Positions 51,642 through 60,181 are shown, numbered from the stretch's first letter. The stretch: 64,000 nucleotides of DNA from an uncultured Gammaproteobacteria bacterium (GCA_902521725.1 CABYTF010000003.1:81709-145708), one strand, 5' to 3'. Notes: a model not told the origin generated them from the letters alone. Numbers and translations: made by a program.

Positions 51642-52093
51642 TGAGTAATACTTTCCATAGTTTTATATTTACCATCTTCAGTTAAGCCTAGTGAGTCTTT
51701 TACCTCTGGTGGCATGTAGGTCTCATCATGTTTTGCTAGCACCTCCTCGGCGACAAAAAGGTTATTCTGAAGGTAACCTCTAATCACGACACCCTGACCC
51801 TCTCTAAAAAGATCTGGTAATATTCCATCATACTTAACTAAGACTTTGTTGTTAAAGTCTGTAACGTTAAAAGAAACTTTCTTTGTCCCTGATACTCTAA
51901 TAAGTGAGCCCTCCTCGACCATTCCTCCGATTCTAAATATATAATTATCCGGGAAGTTACCATTAACTAATTGAGTTGGGCTACGGTAATATAACAAGTT
52001 TTCATTAAATGTTTTAACGAATGCATACAAAACGAATCCTAAAATAACGAGTAAAAAGGAAACATAGTAAATTCTTGCGGATCTTTTCTTCAT
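51638..52093 (-). CDS. ccmE: cytochrome c-type biogenesis protein CcmE
   Basis: VLAKHDETYMPPEV heme-binding His region. Confidence 0.85.
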   Translation of the reverse strand: MKKRSARIYYVSFLLVILGFVLYAFVKTFNENLLYYRSPTQLVNGNFPDNYIFRIGGMVEEGSLIRVSGTKKVSFNVTDFNNKVLVKYDGILPDLFREGQGVVIRGYLQNNLFVAEEVLAKHDETYMPPEVKDSLGLTEDGKYKTMESITQ

Positions 52094-52100
52094 AAGCAGT

Positions 52101-52223
52101 CTATCTTTCAGAGATTTTTTTTCTAATTTCTCTACCTTTGTATATCAAAATAAGCACAACCAAAACCATTGGTACAATTACCAAGAAATATGCCCAAAAT
52201 ATGTAAGGTGCGTAATCAAACAT
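52101..52223 (-). CDS. ccmD: heme exporter protein D (40 aa; not in ORF track)
   Basis: Manual translation gives MFDYAPYIFWAYFLVIVPMVLVVLILIYKGREIRKKISER. Single TM plus basic tail. Lies 7 bp upstream of ccmE. Confidence 0.55.
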   Translation of the reverse strand: MFDYAPYIFWAYFLVIVPMVLVVLILIYKGREIRKKISER

Positions 52224-52713
52224 TTGTAAAATATATCTTAAATTTAAGCCAATAAAAACAATAAGATTTTAACAGGAACTTGACTTATTTACTCAAGAAT
52301 TACGTCTTCAGAGTGAAGATTTATACATAATTTTAGATCTCTGCAAAACAGGATTTTATTGGGTTTTTAATGAATAACTATGAGATTAAGCTGAAGGAAG
52401 TCGAGTAATTAGCTTCGCCGCAGCTTGTCTAGTGTAAATTCTCTTGATTGGTTCTTGTGATTCTTATGATGTAGTATTTCATCCACAGAGTGTTCAGTAG
52501 CGTGGTGAGCGTTTAAATACAAACAAGTTATAAATAACCTCATATATCCAAAGTACTCTCAAAAAAAAGAAATTTCTACAGCTAAATTTAATTATTTTTA
52601 TTGACTTTTTATTGCGTATTTATCACATCAAAATAGCCAGAACTCTGAATCATATTTTTAAAAAATAAACAAGATTATAAAGAAATATTTAATGTATTAT
52701 AATATTTCATCTC

Positions 52714-52944
52714 GTGGATCTTAGTGGTATTAGTAACATTATCGAGAAACAGATGGATCAAATATCATTAATCACAATCTTTTCAATAACAATAGTCTAC
52801 TTCCTGCTAAGACCATATTATCTTAAAGATATTGTCAATTATGAGTACAAAACTATAGCAGATATTCTTGCTTTTCTATTTCTATCATGGGTTGTAAGTA
52901 CAGTGCTGGGATTAATTCTTGCTATGAACTTAGTTCCTATCTAA
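52714..52944 (+). CDS. small membrane protein, unknown function
   Basis: 76 aa with two hydrophobic segments. Its stop overlaps the next ORF start (TAATG). Confidence 0.3.
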   Translation: MDLSGISNIIEKQMDQISLITIFSITIVYFLLRPYYLKDIVNYEYKTIADILAFLFLSWVVSTVLGLILAMNLVPI

Positions 52945-53120
52945 TGAAAATTAAAAAGCAAAAAAAGTGCTCACAATGTTCAAAGGAATTTTATAAACTT
53001 TTCCGATGCAGATACGGGAATACAGACTGGGTTTTTTTATGTCAGGATTGCCTATCCAAAGTTAAGCAAAAGTATGACAAATCATATCAATATGGGGGAA
53101 CCTGGAAATCAACTAATTGA
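52944..53120 (+). CDS. small zinc-ribbon protein (CxxC...CxxC)
   Basis: MKIKKQKKCSQCSKEFYKLFRCRYGNTDWVFLCQDCLSK. The tracked ORF starts earlier, in the overlap with the upstream gene. Confidence 0.4.
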   Translation: MKIKKQKKCSQCSKEFYKLFRCRYGNTDWVFLCQDCLSKVKQKYDKSYQYGGTWKSTN

Positions 53121-53481
53121 TCTCAATTATTGAATTACATAAGTCTTTGTATTCTCTCTCTACTTTTAGATCTGAATACCTTTGACCTTTTTCTTGAGCT
53201 TCATATGACCAAGACTCCATGATACTTGTAATAGACAATATATAACTGGATGTTGATACTTCTGGATATCGAGTCATGAAAATTTCTTTTAGATTATTAA
53301 AGTATTTATTATGATAATTGTATTTTTCTTCTCCGAAATACTGGCTGTTGAGTTTTTCTTTGAAATGGTAAGCCGAACAAGTCAATAGATTACTTTTATC
53401 ATAAGTCTTATCTGCAAGAGATGTATGTGAAATCGCAATAAGCGAGAATATTGAGATTAGAGATAATAGGTTCTTAGTCAT
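53113..53481 (-). CDS. secreted hypothetical protein
   Basis: Signal peptide LLSLISIFSLIAISHTSLA. 122 aa. Confidence 0.35.
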   Translation of the reverse strand: MTKNLLSLISIFSLIAISHTSLADKTYDKSNLLTCSAYHFKEKLNSQYFGEEKYNYHNKYFNNLKEIFMTRYPEVSTSSYILSITSIMESWSYEAQEKGQRYSDLKVEREYKDLCNSIIEIN

Positions 53482-53550
53482 GAATTGAGTATATGTTGAT
53501 GAACTATAATTACAAATATATTTTTATTTAATGAGACTAATTTTCAAATG

Positions 53551-53579
53551 ATATTATGCCGAGTAACCCGACATAATAT
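53551..53579 (-). terminator. AT-rich hairpin (8-bp stem atattatg/cataatat, 13-nt loop) just past the TonB receptor stop
   Basis: Seen directly. The stem is all A/T and there is no clear U-tract, so this is weak. Confidence 0.2.
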
Positions 53580-53590
53580 CTTTGTGCCCT

Positions 53591-55561
53591 CTAGAATTTG
53601 TAATCAAGCGATACGTCAAATCCGAAGCTTGATGCTGGTAGTGGGACATGTGCTTTTACAAATGAAGCATGGTTTCTTCTAGTCGTATCTAATAAATTGT
53701 TACCAAATAGATTCACGTTGAGATCATAGTTGTTACTAATGGCAATCTTATTTGAGTATTTCATTGCAAGATCAACATAGGAATTTGTTTCTGTCTCAAT
53801 AGATGAAAAATCTTTTTGACTCTCTGAGAAAATTAAACTTATTACATATGTCTCATTTTTATGACCCAGTATAGCTAGATCTAAAACATTTTTAGCGCTA
53901 GGTATTCTTGGTACATATGTATCGTTTTCAAATGTTGCAGATATATCATCCCTACTTAGGGTAAGAAATAAATCAGTATCACCTAGAGTAAATGGTTTCA
54001 TGTATGAAATTTCATAGCCTTGAAATACAGCATCTTTTTGAGACCAATTAGCATCTTGATGTGTGCCATCATAAGTCTTGGTACCTAAATCTCTCAAGTA
54101 AATAAAGTCTTTAACATCATTGTGATAGAGAGAAAAATCTAAAATGGAATCTCCGCTTGTAAACTGAAGTCCTAGATCAATATTTTTTGAGACTTCTCTA
54201 TCAAGTGAACTATCCCCCTTCTCATATCTGTTTGTCGGTCCATGTTTCCCATCTGCAAATAATTCAGCCATATTGGGGCTTCTTGATACATGTGATAGAC
54301 CCAGATTATATGACAGATTATCTGTAATTTGCTGACTGGTGTTTGTAGATATGCTAATTGCTGAGTCTTCATAATTTTTCGTCGAAGTTAGTCTCTCATT
54401 AAAATCATATCTAAGCGCATAATTAAAATCTAAACCATACATCTTTGACTGAGAGTAATATGCAATTGATCGATCAAAGCTCTCTGACTTTGGAACATAT
54501 GCATTGCTTGAAAATGGGGATTTGGCATGCTCATAACTTAGCAGTAATCTTTTTTCAATATCATTGGAATCAAGATTAAACTTAAAATTATATGCTGTAG
54601 AGTTATTATTCATAACTTTGAAGGTCCCGTTTTCTTCATGCTCTTTAATGTGTGCATTCGTATTGCTGATAGAAAAGTCAAGAGAATGTGCAAATGCAAG
54701 GTTGTCCAATCTTCCGATAAAATTATATGTATCTGACTTATGTGCTGAATAAATCCTATGCTCGCCCTCTTCCTCTTCTTCCTCTTCTTCCTCAGCGTGA
54801 TAGGCTATACCATAAGTACCTTTATTATTCACAAAAGAGAAACTTAAGTAACCCCAATCCTTGATCAATGATAATCCAATAGTTGAACTTTTATCAGCGT
54901 AGTCAGAATTATTTAAGGTATGGACTTCACTACCCTCTTCATAGAGCGATCCCTCTGATAGATCATACTTAAAATAATCTCTCTTATCTTGTGAGAAGTA
55001 AAATGCAATGTCACTGATATTTTTCTTAAGAAGGAAATTATTTGAATAACCTTCGCTGACAGTATCGTAAGATCTACCTAAACTTATTATTTCATCAGTG
55101 TACAACTTATCTGTAGATGAGCCTGTGATTACGTTAACTATACCACCGGTGGTTCCACTGTGATTGAATAATGACGATGGACCTTTGATGATCTCTATGT
55201 GCGATGCATGATTTAGATTTAACATAACCGGATGATCCGCACTGAAAAAACTCAAATCGCTGACATAGTTATTGTTTGAAAGCACTCTCACTCTACTGCC
55301 TCCTAAACCTCTAATGACCGGTTGACCGACAGAAGTACCGTAATCAGAATTAGACACTCCTGGGATACGCCTTAAGTTGGTACCGATAGATTTAGACGGA
55401 TCTAAGTCTTTACCTTCTATTAAAGATGCGGGATATTTATTTTCTGTAATTGAATTAGATAAAATTGATGACTCAACTTTAATAGACGTGAGATCCTCAG
55501 AATGTACATATGGTGTTACAAATAATGCCGCTACTAATGGCATTAACCTAAAAGTTTTCAT
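53591..55561 (-). CDS. TonB-dependent outer-membrane receptor with internal poly-Glu/His loop (ZnuD-like?)
   Basis: Signal peptide and plug region (IRGLGGSRV, GPSSLFN). C-terminal ...LDYKF terminal Phe. Internal YHAEEEEEEEEEGEHRIYSAH segment. Confidence 0.75.
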   Translation of the reverse strand: MKTFRLMPLVAALFVTPYVHSEDLTSIKVESSILSNSITENKYPASLIEGKDLDPSKSIGTNLRRIPGVSNSDYGTSVGQPVIRGLGGSRVRVLSNNNYVSDLSFFSADHPVMLNLNHASHIEIIKGPSSLFNHSGTTGGIVNVITGSSTDKLYTDEIISLGRSYDTVSEGYSNNFLLKKNISDIAFYFSQDKRDYFKYDLSEGSLYEEGSEVHTLNNSDYADKSSTIGLSLIKDWGYLSFSFVNNKGTYGIAYHAEEEEEEEEEGEHRIYSAHKSDTYNFIGRLDNLAFAHSLDFSISNTNAHIKEHEENGTFKVMNNNSTAYNFKFNLDSNDIEKRLLLSYEHAKSPFSSNAYVPKSESFDRSIAYYSQSKMYGLDFNYALRYDFNERLTSTKNYEDSAISISTNTSQQITDNLSYNLGLSHVSRSPNMAELFADGKHGPTNRYEKGDSSLDREVSKNIDLGLQFTSGDSILDFSLYHNDVKDFIYLRDLGTKTYDGTHQDANWSQKDAVFQGYEISYMKPFTLGDTDLFLTLSRDDISATFENDTYVPRIPSAKNVLDLAILGHKNETYVISLIFSESQKDFSSIETETNSYVDLAMKYSNKIAISNNYDLNVNLFGNNLLDTTRRNHASFVKAHVPLPASSFGFDVSLDYKF

Positions 55562-55591
55562 TTATTACTCCTTAATTAATTAAAAAAAATT

Positions 55592-55837
55592 TTAATTAAT
55601 CAGAAGTGGTGGAGCTCGAGTAAAGAAGTATTCTTGAGAGCATTGCTCATGTAAACTCTCTATTTTTTTAGAGAGGGTTTCCTCAAGACAGTGATGTTCT
55701 TTAATGAAATAAACTGAATGGACTTTACCGCATTGGCGACAAACTGAACTGTGTATATGATCATTATCATGGCACTGCTCAGTATGGGTATGTTCGTTTA
55801 CATGATCATGATTATCGCACATGAGATTATGATACAA
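55592..55837 (-). CDS. His/Cys-rich small protein (putative metal-binding), co-directional and upstream of the TonB receptor
   Basis: MCDNHDHVNEHTHTEQCHDNDHIHSSVCRQCGKVH. Confidence 0.4.
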   Translation of the reverse strand: MYHNLMCDNHDHVNEHTHTEQCHDNDHIHSSVCRQCGKVHSVYFIKEHHCLEETLSKKIESLHEQCSQEYFFTRAPPLLIN

Positions 55838-55957
55838 TAAACCATGTCAAAAAGAACTAAATCATTGATCTTAATTATATTTAGTTTGACCGCGTTCTAT
55901 GTTTATCAATATGTCATTGGTATTCTTATTTTATTGCTTGCTATACATACCATAATG

Positions 55958-55981
55958 AATGATTGAATATGCTTGATCATT
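55958..55981. promoter_or_regulatory. candidate Fur/Zur-family operator-like palindrome (AATGAT-n12-ATCATT) upstream of the His-rich gene/TonB receptor operon
   Basis: Palindromic AATGATTGAATATGCTTGATCATT about 120 bp upstream of the 55837 start. Resembles the AATGAT/ATCATT halves of Fur-type boxes. Confidence 0.25.
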
Positions 55982-56109
55982 TGATGTTGATGAGAATTAG
56001 GACTGCTAAACCCACAAAAGAGACTCCAATAAGAAGAAGCTTAAAAATCTCCATTAAAATTACTTTCTTTGTTTTGTCTTTTTCAGCCATAAATATAAGG
56101 TGATTCTCG

Positions 56110-56301
56110 CTAGCCGTAAATAAAAAACCAAATTATTATCAAGACTAATGGAAAAACAACGCTGCCAAATGGATTTGCTTTTAGCATCTCTAGTGACATT
56201 CTTGGATTTGTAAACCAGGCATTTAGAAACTTATATAAATCGGTGGACACAAGCAAGACAATTGCAGCAATTAAAAGATAAAAAAGGATATCATACAACA
56301 T
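56110..56301 (-). CDS. small membrane protein, unknown
   Basis: 63 aa with two TM segments. Confidence 0.25.
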   Translation of the reverse strand: MLYDILFYLLIAAIVLLVSTDLYKFLNAWFTNPRMSLEMLKANPFGSVVFPLVLIIIWFFIYG

Positions 56302-56355
56302 ACATTGGGGATTATAAGATGCTATCCATAATCATACAAATCAAATGATCCTATT

Positions 56356-56724
56356 TTAGAACTTATACTTTGTGTTTATCTTTAGCTGATTGTTATCTTT
56401 AGCTGATGAGTTTAGCTTACTTTCAAACTGAACCTCAAGATCAAGAGAATCAAAATACTTAGTCTCAAATCCAACTTTATAATAATCATAGTCTGATCCA
56501 GATCCAATGGATTGCCCTTCGGTTATGTCCTCTCCAAAACCTATTTCACCAAAAACTTGATAGCCATCGAGCGTAATATTTCTACCAATAACTACTCTTT
56601 GCTCTGTCTGTTCATAAGCTCCATTTTTAAATTTCAGCTCATGCTCTGAGGCAATATAATTATAATCTGAAGCATAAATATCATATGCAAAAGTAGCTAA
56701 ACCAATTAACAACAATTTTTTCAT
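56356..56724 (-). CDS. small secreted beta-rich (OMP-like) protein
   Basis: Signal peptide MKKLLLIGLATFAYDIYA. Alternating hydrophobic pattern. C-terminal ...KYKF. Confidence 0.4.
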   Translation of the reverse strand: MKKLLLIGLATFAYDIYASDYNYIASEHELKFKNGAYEQTEQRVVIGRNITLDGYQVFGEIGFGEDITEGQSIGSGSDYDYYKVGFETKYFDSLDLEVQFESKLNSSAKDNNQLKINTKYKF

Positions 56725-56815
56725 GTCTTCCCCCTAGTTTGGGAAAAGATTAACACATATCGCTAATTTATTAACAGTTATTGACAATAATTCAATAAAA
56801 GCTAATATACCCCAT

Positions 56816-57421
56816 ATGGGTATATATAAATTCATTGGATTATTTGTTGCGCTTATGTCAGCGTCAATAGTTGAGGCCCGTCCAATATCATGGACTGGAG
56901 GTTCAACGATAATGTATAAATCCAACTCAATGATGTCATCGTACTACTATCATTATTCGCCGAGTTTTAAATATTCAGTGGGCGCTGAATATATAAATGA
57001 TAGATATTATAATGATCAATACATTAGTATACGATCTACCTATCTGTTAGACAGGAAAAATACTAAAGCATCTCAGAGAAATTTATATCTAACTGCATCA
57101 ATATCTACAAAAAATAACGATGATTTGTACTATGGCGTCCATGGTGATTGGGAGACACGGAGGTACTTTACTTCTTTTTCAATACTTGATAAACGTGCTA
57201 GTCAAGAGGATTATACTGAAAATGAATTCCAAATAGGTATAGCGCCATACCTTGGAGAATATAATCAGCTTCATACATGGATCATGCTCAAATCAAAAAA
57301 AGATACTAGAGAAGATAAATGGAAAACTTATCCTTTTATCAAGCTATTTAAAGGGGATTTTTTATTAGAAGTTGGAAGTAAAGAGTCGCATTGGGATTTA
57401 CATTTCATGAAAAGGTTTTAA
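56816..57421 (+). CDS. Tyr-rich secreted outer-membrane-like protein
   Basis: Signal peptide ...SIVEA. Amphipathic beta pattern. C-terminal aromatic ...KRF. Confidence 0.4.
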   Translation: MGIYKFIGLFVALMSASIVEARPISWTGGSTIMYKSNSMMSSYYYHYSPSFKYSVGAEYINDRYYNDQYISIRSTYLLDRKNTKASQRNLYLTASISTKNNDDLYYGVHGDWETRRYFTSFSILDKRASQEDYTENEFQIGIAPYLGEYNQLHTWIMLKSKKDTREDKWKTYPFIKLFKGDFLLEVGSKESHWDLHFMKRF

Positions 57422-57438
57422 ATTTATAGGGAGAAAAT

Positions 57439-57849
57439 ATGTATAAAATAATAATATTAACAACATTATTCATTTCTAATAACTTATATGCAATGGATAA
57501 TATGCATGATCATGATTCAAAACAACATGATCATAATTCACATGTTGCAGTAGATGGTTCAAAAACAAAATTAGACGACGCAATGTATAATAAATTCGTC
57601 TCTGACCTTGGTAGTTCTCAAGTAGTTATCGTTGATGTTAATGGAATGGTATGTGACTTTTGTGCCAGAGGAATTGAAAAAACATTTTACGACGATGCTT
57701 TAGTAAAAAGAGTACTAGTAAGTCTTGAGACTGGAAAAGTGCTTATTGCCTATGATAATGCTAAAAAAGTAGACTTTGGAGAAATTAAGAATATATTTTT
57801 ATCTAATGGACAGTCAGCTACTGGTATGACATTGAAGAAAATTACATGA
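57439..57849 (+). CDS. periplasmic heavy-metal-associated (HMA) domain protein, MerP-like with His-rich N-terminal region
   Basis: Signal peptide. MHDHDSKQHDHNSH region. GMVCDFCARGIEK (GMxCxxC) HMA motif. Confidence 0.65.
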   Translation: MYKIIILTTLFISNNLYAMDNMHDHDSKQHDHNSHVAVDGSKTKLDDAMYNKFVSDLGSSQVVIVDVNGMVCDFCARGIEKTFYDDALVKRVLVSLETGKVLIAYDNAKKVDFGEIKNIFLSNGQSATGMTLKKIT

Positions 57850-58223
57850 CCAATAAACAAGAATCGTCAAAGCTAGGTTTGTTGACGCTTTTAGCTTCAA
57901 CGTCAACATTAATATGTTGTGCTTTACCTGCACTGTTTGTAGCCCTCGGTGCAGGCGCTACTTTTGCATCAATGGTTAATGCTTTTCCGCAGCTTGTTGT
58001 AATTTCACACTATAAAATATATATATCGGTTATAACGTTAATAATTCTTGTTATTGCTGGTCTTTTAATTGAAAAATCTAAAAATGATCCATGTCCAGTA
58101 GATCCAGATTTAAGAGACATTTGCTTGAGAACCAGAAAAAGGACTTCTAGTATCTATTACGTATCTGTTGGTATATTCATATTCGCTAGCTTCTTCACTT
58201 ACGTTCTACCGGAGTATCTATAA
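57846..58223 (+). CDS. MerT-like metal transport membrane protein
   Basis: TM1 contains vicinal Cys (STLICCALPALFVALGAG) as in MerT. A second Cys (DPCPVD) lies in the loop. 125 aa. Confidence 0.5.
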   Translation: MTNKQESSKLGLLTLLASTSTLICCALPALFVALGAGATFASMVNAFPQLVVISHYKIYISVITLIILVIAGLLIEKSKNDPCPVDPDLRDICLRTRKRTSSIYYVSVGIFIFASFFTYVLPEYL

Positions 58224-58225
58224 CT

Positions 58226-58489
58226 ATGAAAGATCATCCATCGCATCAATCTCAGTTGTCTGCTCTTAAAAGAGTCGAAGGTCAAATTAGAGGTGTAATC
58301 AAAATGATTGATGAGGGTAAATATTGTATAGATGTCATAAACCAGATCAAAGCTGCAAAAGCTGCTTTAGTAAGAATTGAGTCAAATGTTCTAAAAAAAC
58401 ACGTTGAATCTTGTGTAGTAGAGTCATTTAAAAATAAGAAAGCTCTTGATAATAAAGTCGAAGAGCTATTAAAGTTGATCAATAAATGA
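58226..58489 (+). CDS. csoR: CsoR/RcnR/FrmR-family metal-sensing repressor (CsoR-like C-H-C spacing)
   Basis: LKRVEGQIRGVIKMIDEGKYCIDVINQIKAAKAAL. Cys34, His59, Cys63 have the same spacing as the M. tuberculosis CsoR ligands. Confidence 0.7.
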   Translation: MKDHPSHQSQLSALKRVEGQIRGVIKMIDEGKYCIDVINQIKAAKAALVRIESNVLKKHVESCVVESFKNKKALDNKVEELLKLINK

Positions 58490-58763
58490 ATGACTGTAAA
58501 GATAAAAATGTCGAAGCTATCGATATAAAGAAAAAAGAGAGAGAAAAAGCTGAAAAAATAGTCAGGGACTATCTCAAGCCATCTTGTGATGAGGAAATTT
58601 CTGAGGAAGAGTATCCTATTGTAAAAGATTAGTATAATGTCTGATTTAGGAAAATTATTTAAAGGCTTAGTAATAGCAGTTATTGTTTTGACAATATTTG
58701 CTTATCTTGGAGTGTATATTATTTCGCTTGTTATTTAATGAGTTAACTTTGATGGAAATAAAA

Positions 58764-58925
58764 TATGAGTAAATGGGAATATAAAACTTTCACATCAACA
58801 GGAGGGCTTAGGATCGCAGTTGAAGAAAGTTCGAGTCTTGGTGAAGACGGTTGGGAGTTAGTAACAATAAATTACTGTAATGATTATCGTGAGTGGGTAT
58901 TTACTTACAAAAGACCTCAAGAATA
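58764..58925 (+). CDS. DUF4177-like small protein (53 aa; not in ORF track)
   Basis: Manual translation gives MSKWEYKTFTSTGGLRIAVEESSSLGEDGWELVTINYCNDYREWVFTYKRPQE. Shows the WEYK...GWELV pattern. Confidence 0.35.
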
Positions 58926-58941
58926 ATATTGAGACAAGTAG

Positions 58942-59136
58942 ATGGAAGTCATTGCTTTCCTGATTGGAGTTATCATCCTAGTCGTATACATGGGGATATG
59001 GTATGCGATTGGTTGTGAGCTTAATGCCAGATATGGTGAGAAGATTGCGGTCTTTTTTTCCGCGTTGGGAATTATTGTTTTCTTTCCATTACCTATGAGT
59101 ATTTTTACCCAAGTCGCCAGCATTCTGGGTGTCTGA
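58942..59136 (+). CDS. small membrane protein, unknown
   Basis: 64 aa with two TM helices. Confidence 0.3.
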   Translation: MEVIAFLIGVIILVVYMGIWYAIGCELNARYGEKIAVFFSALGIIVFFPLPMSIFTQVASILGV

Positions 59137-59267
59137 GTACAATAGCAGATAGTTCATTTGAAAAACCTGTTCTTCATTCATAACCTTGGGTGAATCTATC
59201 TTAACTTTTATGAATATTTAGGGTTAAGATAAGGACTATGAAATATACTTAATGAGAGAGTAATAAT

Positions 59268-59630
59268 ATGAATTTAATAAAAGTTATAGAAAAAGGATTG
59301 CTTGGTGTGATTGCCTTACTAACGATTGTTGCAACCATCCAAGAGATAATGTCAATATACACAATTGGTAGAGTAAACTTGCCAGATTTGTTGTTACTGT
59401 TTATATACACAGAGGTTTTAGGCATGATTGGTGTATTCTATGTAAGTAACAAAATACCTATAACATTACCCTTGTTCATTGCCATGACGGCACTATCAAG
59501 ATTGATAATATTACAGGGTAAAGACATGGAACCAAGTACATTAATTTACGAAGCGGGTGCAATATTACTGATTGCAATTGCTTGTCTGATCATTAGATAT
59601 AGACCACCCAATCAGAGTAAAGAATTATGA
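59268..59630 (+). CDS. psiE: PsiE-family (phosphate-starvation-inducible E-like) membrane protein
   Basis: Topology and the ALSRLIILQGKD...LIYEAGAILLIAIA motif resemble E. coli PsiE. Confidence 0.45.
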   Translation: MNLIKVIEKGLLGVIALLTIVATIQEIMSIYTIGRVNLPDLLLLFIYTEVLGMIGVFYVSNKIPITLPLFIAMTALSRLIILQGKDMEPSTLIYEAGAILLIAIACLIIRYRPPNQSKEL

Positions 59631-60088
59631 GTGTAACAATATGTAAATTTCATGAGCATTGATTATTTTAAAAAGATTGCATTTGTTATATGCCTTGCTC
59701 AATTAATAATATCTACTTGTTATTGGTTCATACAGTGGTATCTCTAATTGACTCGCAAATCGCGCACAAACATTGACTAATTTGTACACATGTCTCATTT
59801 ATTTACGCGTTTCTCGACTTATTTTTAAGATCTTCTTCTCTCTCGATTTGCATTTCTTTGTGCAGTTTTTCTTCTTACACTTCTTAGAACAATAAATCTT
59901 TAATTTTGACATTGCATTATTATGCACCAGATAACTAAATAATAAAAAAATAAAAAATAAAAGGTTTTTAAAGATAGCAATCTTTTACTCTTAATACCCT
60001 CATAAAAAATGTTTAATTTATTGGCAATATTTTTTTCATAATTATCATCTAGAATAAGATAACTTTTCCTCCAGAAAGGTGCTTTAGG

Positions 60089-60123
60089 GGCTAATCGACA
60101 GACACCTCTCCCTGCGATTAGCC
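60089..60123 (+). other. perfect 9-bp stem / 17-nt loop hairpin (ggctaatcg-N17-cgattagcc) in a long 5' leader
   Basis: Seen directly. Lies about 60 bp upstream of the 60182 ORF start. Not followed by a U-tract. Confidence 0.3.
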
Positions 60124-60181
60124 TCTTTACTAGTCAGCACTTACAGTTGCGTATATAGTTTGATCATACAGGAGAATAACT

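Noticed and set aside
52381-52560. Possible tRNA or RNase P-like motifs (ggttcttgtgattc; gaaggaagtcgag; cgccgcagcttg) in the 490-bp gap upstream of ccmD
   Set aside because: I could not fold a cloverleaf with acceptor/T-arm and CCA context. Conserved RNase P CR-II–V elements such as ACAGAA..GGCUUA are absent. The region is left as unexplained non-coding rather than called as an RNA gene.
54766-54793. Phase-variable simple sequence repeat in the TonB receptor
   Set aside because: The tract is an imperfect CTC/TTC mixture rather than a homopolymer or perfect short repeat, and any slippage would be in-frame. It is noted inside the receptor finding but not called as a contingency locus.
60087-60125. 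tmRNA 5' end (ggggctaatcgac resembles GGGGCUGAUUCUGGAUUCGAC)
   Set aside because: The GGGG pairs locally into a short hairpin rather than with a distant 3' acceptor strand. No tRNA-like T-arm or CCA is found downstream, and no resume-codon tag ORF is evident.
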